Source: Setoptus koraiensis (lineage: Eukaryota > Animalia > Arthropoda). Taken from it: 64,000 bases of DNA. Both the position numbers and the translations under genes were made by a program. The stretch lies in the NCBI GenBank assembly GCA_048013815.1, contig CM106586.1, forward strand, positions 7,626,001 to 7,690,000. Reading direction: 5' to 3'. Below the pieces are notes generated by a model. The model did no database searches and was not told the origin of the DNA. It saw only the letters and a list, made by a program, of their open reading frames with translations. Below, piece after piece: positions 53,701 to 64,000 of this stretch (its first letter is position 1; each line of letters starts with the position of its first letter).

Positions 53701-56700
53701 TCACTGTGCTGATCGGGCGCGCACGTAGTGTCGTCCAGTGGGGCGTCGCATTGTGTCATTGGCATTATATAGGCCACTGACAACGATGATCGTCGCATAT
53801 GGCCGTGCACATGCGCACTGGCGGCACAGTGGTCACGATTAAGAGTGGTCACCATGTGACACCCAGCAACTTGCTGCTTGTGGTCGTGCTTCTTTCCCCC
53901 CGTTCGATTGAATAACTATCCCCCAGCACCAGACAAGCCAGTCAGCCAATTGTCATTTGGCTCGAGTTGGGTAGGGGGGGGGGAACCAAACTCTGGTTGC
54001 GACAGCGATCAGGCTTGTGTCCGCCCCCCTGCACCAGTCAGCTGACAAGTAACCTGAGCAGGAATGGTCTGTGCACTACTTGAGAGTTGAGAGTTGCGTG
54101 TCACAGTGGCGCGCGACGAGCGTAAGTGTGCGCGCGCGCCCTCACCAAACCAAATTGTCAGGCACAGCAATTGAGCAGCGACAACAACAACAACAACAGC
54201 CATGAATTGTGAAATGCGACGACATTCAATTGACAATTGTCCGAATGTCAGCTCATTCGGTGATCGCCACTCAAACAGCAAGCAACTCACACCGACAATA
54301 CCAACACAATACTTACGTAATACAAACGTTGACACAGTGAAACAAAATCAAAAGTCGCCAAATACCCAGGCCAATAGAGACGCAAACCGGAAGCAGCAAG
54401 CAGCGCCAAGTCTAGTCATTGGTCAATATAGTTGCGACAGATCAATTGCATAACAACTACAAATCAATTACATAACAACCACAAATCAATTAGCAGTCAG
54501 GTATTGAGTGTTTGTCATGTCTAGTCAGCCGCTCTCAATTGCAGCGTGTCCAGCGTGGGGCCACTTCCGGTTCCAGCATCGTTGTCGGCAGTGCGCGTTG
54601 TGCAGCCGAGATAAACAGCAGCAACAGTGTCAAGTGTGTCGCTGCAGTTTGTGCAGCAAAAACACAGGCCTGAGATGGGGGCTGCAGTGGGGCCCGACTG
54701 GCACAGACACTTGCGTGCACATGACAGTAATATTGGCACAACAACAAGCGTCTCGGTGCACAGCAGCGGCACAACAACAACAACAACGAGTGCAAAGTCA
54801 ATCAACAAAAATGCCGAGACAAACAAATGCCAACGACAGTAACAATGCGGCCCAGACAATGGCACGAATGAAACACAAACACATCGGACAACAATTGAGA
54901 CTGATTGCCTCGCTTTACGACAAACATTGTGACACTATAATGACAAGTCAGCGACAAACTCAACTTCACCTGGTGCACAGCACAAATTGCACTTGCAACA
55001 ACAGCATGGCTCAACCAGGATATGAGTGCTAGCACCCCATTATCATCATTATTATTATTATTATTATTTTAACCAGCCGGCCAATCGTATTATCCGATGA
55101 ACTCATTGAACTGACAAGTTGACTTGTGAGCCTCCAAATGTGCACCTCGATACCAATGGCGATCGCTCGACTCGCTGTAATCAGTTGTTGTGTCCGGTGC
55201 ACGCCAGTCGACGGCTGACCAGATCAGCTCGCCCGCCCGAACTTGGTCACACTAACGCCTTATTCTGCAGCACATGACACTCGGGGGCGCCCCCTTCAAA
55301 CTGCATCGTGTGCATCGTTTGCGAATGCAGATATAGCCCTCGTATCATACGAGTCGTATGAGCCGTCATGTGGGTCGATAAAAGTTGCATATATCTGCAC
55401 AACAGAGCAACAGAGGCACCACGATCACTTGGCCGATGGCAGCATTGGTCAATTAAAGCTAAAATATCTAGTATATGTATTTTTGATACGCATTGTAAAT
55501 AGTATGAATAAATTGTAAATTGATCGCCCGCCACACAAACCGAAGTATAAATATAAAATAACGTGCCATTATTATCATGTTTTAGTTACATTGTTCTATG
55601 ATTGCTTCTCTAGTTTGCTTTTGCCTAGCCTTTGTCCACGTGTGAGTTACAACTTGTAACAAGTGACTTGTGCTCGCTCTGTGGCCCGATCGGATCGCCC
55701 GTCATCCGGTGAACGCTTACAGTTGCAAACAGTTGGCAAAAGTTGGTGGAAAAATGTCCGCAGATGTAACAATACTCTTTCAGTTGGTATCCATGCATGG
55801 ATTGCACGGGTATAAATATTGATATTGATATGGATATGGATATTGATATAAATATGTTATTATCTGCACAGGCTCATTAATTGGCACCCTTATCGGGCAA
55901 AACAATCAACAGCTGTGTGTCGTGTTCGGACAATTCAATTCGGCGGATTCGGCAAATTCGGTGAATTCGGTGAATTCGGCAGATTCGACAATTTTGGGCG
56001 CCCCACAACTTGCAACGCTCATGCACAGTGCTGTTTTTTGGTCACACCTCGCGCTCCCAAAGTTACCAAATCGCTCGTGATATATGGCACATTTTATCGC
56101 GCACCAATTGTTCATTATTGCGATTAGGCTCAAGCTAAGAAAGTCACGATTTAGGTGCTAAATCAATGCAAATGAACGGATGGGTCGGCAAACGTTGAGG
56201 GACACCGACAGCGCGAACGCACCAAACAGAATGGACGCGAGGAATGGACGCGAGGAATGGACGGCTCAAAGAACAAACAAATAGAGATGATGAAGTGTGC
56301 TTCCTGTCCCGAAGCTCAACACGCACTCATTGTTGTTGTTGTTGTTGTTGTTGTTGTCAAACAATAATGACAACAATTTGCATATCGCCCACTTGAAATC
56401 GATACCATCTAATGCGACTATTATAAGCGTATGTTTGCTCTGATTTTGGCCCGCATCATCTGATGCGATGTCACGCTGTCAGGGGCGATCGCCAGCATTG
56501 TGTCGGCGATATGTCGGCTATATCGGTTGCCGTATGAGCGACGGTGTCCAGTGCACAAAAATCAGGCCAAATTGCCGCTGACACACATTAGCTAATTTAG
56601 CACCTCCGCTGTCTGTTTGAGTGGGCGTTAGAGTAACGGTGCCACAAGCAAAGGTAAGTGGCACGAGTGGCCCCGTTATGATTTATTTATTTGTGCCTTC

Positions 56701-59585
56701 GAGCCGTTGCGAGTCGCCATGGCCGACAGTTATGCGATTGGCGCCAAACAGGAAGCAAACTGAAGCGCAAATTGTTGCTGCATTGTTTGTTGTCGTTGTC
56801 GCACGGGCGCCGATAGCTAATCATGATCGATTAATCACTGCGAATAAATATGGAAATCGATATGCTGCAACTGGTCAGATGTACCCATTGGCCGATGGCT
56901 CACACATATCGCCATGGCCGATTGGGGCGACAATTGGCCAACAACAATTGCGACAATTTAAATAGTAAACAACAAACAACAAATTGCTTTTCGCAATGCC
57001 GGCAGCCAATAGTTTATTAGGCTATGGCATTAATTTGAATATTTTCAATGGTTGTTGCATCGCTTTGAATTGCCAATTTGGCCAATTTGGCGACCGTGTG
57101 TCGATTCTCACTCACAAGTTGTCAGTGACAGCGAGCGCTCTGGCGAGCGGAGCCCCACATCGCCACAACAGAGATGCTGCTGCTGTTTGGCCGGCCAAGT
57201 GCGCCCAAGTTGGTGCACGTAGCACGTGCCGGGGATAAACAAACAAGCGGGCTAAAAAGAGTGCCAGCGATGCAAGCGACGGACATCGGCCGATGACCAG
57301 CGACGCAGCCCGTGAGTTGCACAACAGTAAACAATGATTTATTAGTTAATCACGAGAGATAAACTGCAAACTGTAAAAAACAAACGAATCGCCGGCCAGT
57401 CGCTATTATGGGGCCAGCAAAGCGCACAATTTGTCGCCCGCTTTCGTTTAATGCAGTCACTCCAGTTAGTTATTAGCCGCCACTAAGCTAGACCGCGCGA
57501 CAAATGAACTCTTGCGCCGTTTTGGGGCCGTTTTCGGGCCGTTTTTGGGGGCCGTCGAGGGCTATTTTGGGCCAGATTCGAACGGATTCAAATGAGTCGC
57601 TCGCGAACAATGTTTGTGCGCGTCAGGCGAAAGCGTTTGCCGGCCATCGGTTCGTCGCGGCAACCAACGCACAGCGCAATAGTACATTGTTGTATAGTGG
57701 CACGTGTTTGCACGTTCATGGGTCATGTGATATCGGGTTGTGTGGCTTGGTGTGGGCCCCATATTAGATGGCCCACACCCATGTGTGTCTCTGCTGGACA
57801 TTCCGAGAATTTTCGCGCTGGCGCGCGCTTCTAACGCTCACTGTTATTGTAGTGTTTGCGTTGAGTATTGGTGAGACCAGAGCGTGGTCAGTTGGCTCGG
57901 CTTACACATACAAGTTATATAAGTATATATAAGAGTTATATATACACGTTGCGTAAGAGGCGCCGGAGACGAACGAGAATTGTCAAAATTGTATCACACG
58001 CTTTGCTTTTTTTATATATTGTATGATTTTATTGTTTGATCACAATGATGACATAATACAAACATTGTCATTGAGCAACTGCCATCGACCGTTATTCGGC
58101 CGACAACAAATTAAACAATGACCGTCTCACACAGTGTGTGCACAGTTCAGCAGTGGTCAGCAGCAGTGGTTCGAGCACCTTTAACCGACCGTTAGGTAAC
58201 TGATTTGACCAGTGGCACCAACTAGCGCTTTGTTTGTTTGTGTTTCGCTCGTGTGTGCGTGTGTGTGTGCGCTTGTGTGTGTGTGTACGTCGTAGTCGGT
58301 GTACGTGGTGTGGTCGTGTGCAGTCGTGTTACACGTGCTCGTGCACAAATGATGAATTACATCTGCTTTTAGTTGTGAGTTTCAAGAGTTTCTACAAAGT
58401 GTCGTCTGCCCGTGCTATTGTGTGTTCTCAGCTTGTACTCAATGGTCAGTCGCTAAAAAGAGCACCCACAACGGCCAGAAAAAGGCCAATTTCGGAACAG
58501 AAGCGTAAACTCTCAAGGAAATCTCTCTATGGCGCGCACGAGCAACATTAGTCATGCTCAATCATAACTGTGCTCACCTTATCTATATCACACAATGTCA
58601 CAATAGTCAATTGAAAACGTTTCTCTGCTGCGCTCATATCGCAATGTTGTCAATGTTTGTCGGTTTGGGCGCTCGCTGCACCGACCGACTGACCACCGTC
58701 AGAGGTGATTCATTACATCATTCAGGTGCACACACTCATTTAGGGTCTTATTTAGGCTAGCTTTTATTTAGGTTTTGGCTGTGTGTTTTTAAAGCGCACA
58801 ACTTGACGCAATCACAACAATGATTGATTATTATCTTATAGAGATTATTTTGTCGCAACAAAGTAAAAATAAACAGATCGAACGCACCGATAACTGATCC
58901 ACAATGGCAACAAAACAACACACCAATAATACAGCAGAAATATTCTCGAACCGAGATAAAGTTGCACGAATTGCATTGGCTTGAGAGAAAAATGGGGCCA
59001 AAAAACGGGCGACAAGAATGATTGTTTCCGTTTTGTGTCGCATCGTCATCAGCGAACCACGGCCACTGTGTGTGTGACTATGCGACGACCATCGCCGCCA
59101 AACCGCCAACCGATAACCATTAACGTCAGTGCATGTCGTCAGCCACTAAAACTGTGTGAGTGACAATTGAGATTACAATTGGGGTCACGACAACAGTGTC
59201 GTGTGTGTTTGTTGTTGATGATGCAGCGCCGTTTGTTGTCACAAAATCGATCAGCACACATCACTACAGTTTTTACAGTTTTTTACTGCAGTTTTACTGT
59301 CATGTCTCATGATGAAAACAGTCAATTTATGCACGCAATGACCAGGTAATCAATGGCATAATGCCAGTGATCATTGTCGAGCAACTCTCAAAGTCAACAA
59401 GGTATAAGATATCAATTCTTTGTTGTTGCTGTCGCGATCATCGTTCATCATTGGCGATTTATTTTGCATTTTCTTATCAATTTTCAGTGCGCCTTTTTCT
59501 GCACGCTTTTCTGTGCGCTCTTCTATGCTTTTCTGGTGAAAATTGTGTGCTGCGAACAATTTTCGAGAAAACAAAATATTTCCAA

Positions 59586-59645
59586 ACGAAACGAAACATT
59601 TTCAAACGAAACATTTTCAGACGAAACATTTTCAAACGAAAATTC
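59586..59645. repeat. 15-bp tandem repeat (CGAAACATTTTCAAA) x3-4
   Basis: Adjacent near-identical copies. Confidence 0.8.
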
Positions 59646-62485
59646 GTCTATTACGAACAATATCTATTTGCATAAACATCACTCAACGCCGTGATGATTT
59701 ATAGAGTTATTTACGGTGACACCCGAGATTTCGGCCCGGTCGACTTTGTGCGTCTCACTGCAATTTGCGGTGCCGATAGTTGCGACGACAGCGCCACAGT
59801 TGCCTCAATCTAGGCAGATAAATCATGTTAAGCGAGCATCGAGGGCGAAAAATGGTTGCAGGGCCACCCGAAGCTGATTTGTCTCGTTCGGCGGCGACGA
59901 AATGCCCGCTCAAATTAGTTATCGGTATTAGTTTTTTTTTGTCGAAAAAAGCAATTCACAGCATCTGCAATTCACAACTTGCATCGCGGGCTGCTCGCAT
60001 TCTATAGCTACCCGATACTGCTCGCTGCCAGTGATACAAAACTGCCGACGCAACGCCGCCCCGAATTTCCCTGGCCATTCTTTGATTGATCGTGACTCCA
60101 ATGGGGCCCATCATCTCATCACACGTTAAATATCTGAAAGCGAGAGAGATTAGTTTGAGAAAGCACACGCGGCAAGTGAATGTTACTATGTAGACTCGGT
60201 TAGATTGGCGCCAAATTTTGTCGCGTCAGTCGGCAATTTTATGCCGGCGCGTATTTTATGAAAAGCAATGAGTGTCCACGAGAGAAATCGCAGAGTAAAT
60301 CCGGCAATTCGCATTGGTGGTTGGCGGCGGACAACACGTTGCTGTCCACGTCGCAACCACCAATGCGAATGCAAAACTTGCGGCCACCAAAACTAAACCA
60401 ATTGAAGCCACCAATGGATTTGGCCGGCACGTAAATGGCTGCGTGTGCGCCGGGCAGCGGGGGCCCAACTGCACCAAAGTGAACAACAAATCAGATCAAA
60501 CCATCGTAAGGTAAACGAACCAAAATGGACATTGACGAATAGCGATCATCTCACCTCAAAACTGACCAACAGTTGATGGATGGGAGCAGCCGCCCCCACA
60601 AATAACAACAATACGGTAGCAGCAGCGAGAGTAGCAGTTGGTGTTTATGTAAAACTGAAAAAGACAAATGTTGTTGTTGTTAGCATTGATGACATGGCAA
60701 TAACAACAACAGATGATTCTTTTTACAACTGACTGTTTGGCCTCCATTAATCCCCTTCCAGCAGCCCAATTATTTATTATTTTTAGCTATCATTACAATT
60801 GTCGTTTGTGTGTTGCGGCTGCAGCATACAGCAGCATTTGCATCATCATTGTATCAGATATTCGCGATGTTTGGAGATATTTCTAGAGTGACATTGGGCC
60901 GAATCAAGAGACCAATCACAGAGATTATATCATCATGCGTGGGCGCTCGTTGTCGCAACGGCGGCCTGTTAGTGTGGTCAGTGGGCGCCAGCGTACAAAT
61001 CGAGAAATCGTACAAGTCGCGTAATCCGTCGTTACGTGATTGGACTGCAAACTGGCTGGCAAACTAAACTGGAGCAATGAGCAGCCCGCTGGTTTTGAAT
61101 TTGTTTCGGGCGCCGCTCAACCCAAACTGGCCACCACCCAAACCCAACTTGCCTATAACGTCCAGAGTCTCGGCAGTTGAACTTGGCGCCAACCAATGGG
61201 GCCAAGTTCAATATAACTTCAATATAAGTTCAATATAGGTTCGAGGGGCCGAATACCGTTACATTGTTGCTGTCATTGGGTTGCCCGGCATTGAAGCGAG
61301 CGAGCGGCTCGCGTTTCTCGCCACGGCTCTCGACATGTCAGACTGGCGACATGTTGACATGTTCGATTGTGTTCGAACGCGCTCGAACGCGCTCGAACGT
61401 GCTCGAATGAGCGTGTAGGCATACGCGCTCGACGCGACAACAATATTTGCATATTTTCGAGCGTATTCAAATCTGTTCGCTACTAGTTGCTGTCCATTAC
61501 TGTCAGCACAACTGTTACTATTAGACAGTCGTAACTCGGACAATTTACAACAGTTTATGACAGTTATAACTGTGCAGACGGACAGATTAATGACACAAAA
61601 TATCATACAATCGCGTGTATTGGTGGAATGTAAACACGCTGTTAACATCTGTTAATCAATTGTTAATCAATCATCTGGCAAACGATAGTCGGCTTGATTG
61701 GTCACTTACGGTCGGCGCATGCAAATGGCACGGCAAATTGGAACGACACGCACAAAGTGAGAGTGACGAAAGAGTTTCGCTCCAACTCACCGTTCCAACT
61801 CACCGTTCGATTTGGTCGTTCGAATTAGCGTTCGAAGCAGCGTTCGAAGCGGCCTTCGAAGCGGCGTTCGGAAGAATTAGCCCGATCCAATCGCTGGAGC
61901 ATCAAATGGGCGGACAATTGAGGCTCGATTGACAGCGTCGAAAATCGACCAATGAGCCAGTTGCGCCAATCGCGCCAGTCGCGCCAATCGAGAAGCAAGA
62001 ATTGTACTTGTTTGGCGCATCGCGCCCGCCGGTGCCCTCGCATGTTCGCATGCTCGTAGCGAGCCCCAGCGTCGGGCCCCAGCATCCCGACAGCGAGCCC
62101 CGTTTAATGTGCGTGTCTGACTGTGTTCAATTTGCCATTCCGTGCCACCGATGATTTGTGTGACAGTGCGCGTCAAATCTCTCGAGAGATTGGCTATATT
62201 ATCAGCGACACACAGACAGATTTAAATGGACAAAAGAACGAGTTCAGCCGGGGTCAGGCGCGCCGGGGTCAGAGTACAGTTACAAACAGTTCAATCCTTT
62301 ATTAGTTGTTGTCACGACTAATAAAAGCTTCTTAAAACTAATAACTGACGCTCTGTTGCTCGCTGCGTTTGCCCGCTCTGGCCGCTCTTGTGGCACTTCG
62401 ACACTGACAATTCATTTGCGATGCCTCATCAGCTGCTAATTTCTACGTGTCGCTCAGGCAATTGAGTAGCTGAGCTAGTTCCAGT

Positions 62486-62590
62486 CGCTTTCGGTCGCTT
62501 TCGGTCGCTTTCTGTCGGTTTCTGTTGGTTTCAGTCGGTTTCTGTTGGTCTCCGTTGGTTCGTTTGGTCGGTTCAGTCGGTTGGTTCACT
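62486..62590. repeat. Degenerate 10-bp tandem array (TCGGTCGCTT to TCGGTTTCTG)
   Basis: Stepwise-diverging 10-mers. Confidence 0.75.
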
Positions 62591-63385
62591 CTGTTGGTTG
62601 GCCCGCGACTAAATTGTTGAATTGTCGAATCGTGTCGCAGCGCCAACTCGCAGCCCGTTCGAATATAAATCTTGTCCGCTGCGCCGATGAGCATACAATG
62701 GATATGCAATGATCACAATAGTTGTAAATAGTTGTAAATAGTTGCAAATAGTTGCAAATAGTTTTAAAAGATGCACCACAAAAGAGCAGTTCGACATGGC
62801 CATTTCGGGCCGTGTTTCATTAGCATCAGCGAATTCGCTGGCTGCCAGTTGGGCCGCATTCTGAGCGCCTTTCGGCCGGTTCGGGCTCGCAAGTTCGAGG
62901 CCGGCTTCAGTTGGAGCCCGAGTTTCGGCCCAGCCGAACCGAACCGGCGCTGTGCCGGATCCGCGCCAGCACACAACTCGTGCACAACACGAGCCAGTTT
63001 GTTGATTGGGCCCCATTGGCGATGTTTAATTTTCATTGTGGCACTCACTTTGACAGTTTGTGTGTGTGCGTGTGCGTGTGTGTGTGTGGCACAACAACGG
63101 GCTTCTGTTTGTTGTTGTGTCACCTATAATTAATTAGTTTGCATTAATCGGCCCGCTCGCAGTGGGCGCAGCAACGGCACAATATTTAGCAGTGAGCAAG
63201 CAAGCAATAGTTGGCGATAGTGCCCATATGCTGATTCCATCACTGATTGCAAACAGATAAGTTTGTTGGGGGCCCTACATTCGCACTGGCCGCCATTGGA
63301 TGGGCCAAATGGATCAGTTAACTTCGGTTGGTTTCGGTTGCTTGGCTGGGCGCGCTGCATTGGCCGCTGCACGACTGGCACGGCC

Positions 63386-63530
63386 CGAAATGAGCTCGAA
63401 ACGAGCCCGAAACGAGCCCGAAACAAGCCCGAAACGAGCCCGAAAAGAGCCAGAAACAAGCCAGAAATGAGCCCGAAATAGTCCGAAACAAGCTAGAAAT
63501 GAGCCCGAAATAGTTCGAAATAGCCCGAAA
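63386..63530. repeat. 11-bp tandem array (GAGCCCGAAAC) ~13 copies
   Basis: Adjacent degenerate 11-mers. Confidence 0.85.
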
Positions 63531-64000
63531 CGAACGCAACCGATTGCACTTTGAAGGGCCCCAATTGAATTAGTTGCATCAGCGATTCAATCGACTGCCT
63601 CTATCCAATTTAACGCTCCACTGACAGGTGCATCAATCTAATCTCGATCAGGCAGCAGCCCGCCATTCACTTTAATCTGGCAACTGTAAACTGTTAACTG
63701 TAAACTGCTGTCCGTTGCCGGATAAAGCACTTCACAGTGGACAGTATGGGCCGCCAACCAGGGGCGGCCTTGAGCAGTCAGTGACAGCTAAAGTCAATAC
63801 AACAAAAAGTGCACAATTTAAAGTTTTTCCGACAACAACAAATCAGTGGAGTGGCCAGTGATTTTTGGCCATCGCTTTGGGTTTCGTTCGAGGTTGAGCC
63901 CGCGATGCTGAGGGGCCCACAGGGCGACACACACAAGCACATTACATTATAGTTTGGCGGCGCAGAGGATTTATCGCCCATTGATTTTATCATATCTCTG

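Noticed and set aside
325-54320. Recurring TTACGTAA palindromes (PAR-bZIP-like)
   Set aside because: Four scattered copies in 64 kb; not clustered.
61621-61640. TGGAATGTAAA, miR-1-like 5' end
   Set aside because: Sequence diverges after 11 nt and lacks a proper precursor hairpin.
63386-63530. Short tandem arrays as CRISPR-like repeats
   Set aside because: No unique spacers, no cas genes, and the context is eukaryotic.

Overview
Eukaryotic (animal) genomic DNA. It is intron-poor, CpG-rich and microsatellite-rich; an eriophyoid-type mite is my guess, not something the sequence proves. There are four blocks. (1) 1-16.6 kb and 45.7-64 kb have no recognisable genes and are full of (CAA/GTT)n tracts, 10-18 bp tandem duplications and short hairpins. 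(2) About 16.7-29.4 kb is an AT-richer island holding four intronless paralogues of an unrecognised ~500 aa protein (signal peptide, C-terminal TM helix), decayed remnants of the same family and a 251 aa secreted orphan. (3) 29765-~37258 is a near-intact Ty3/Gypsy LTR element on the minus strand. Its single 2122 aa ORF runs Gag-PR-RT-RH-IN and continues without a stop into an Env-like class I fusion protein. It has 190 bp LTRs, a tRNA-Gln-like PBS, a PPT and a probable GCAG TSD. (4) 37654-45645 is a single-exon MED12/kohtalo gene with a long polyQ tail. The two strongest leads are the Gag-Pol-Env single-ORF retrovirus-like element and the recombining cluster of orphan secreted/membrane proteins. 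All alignments and counts were made by eye.
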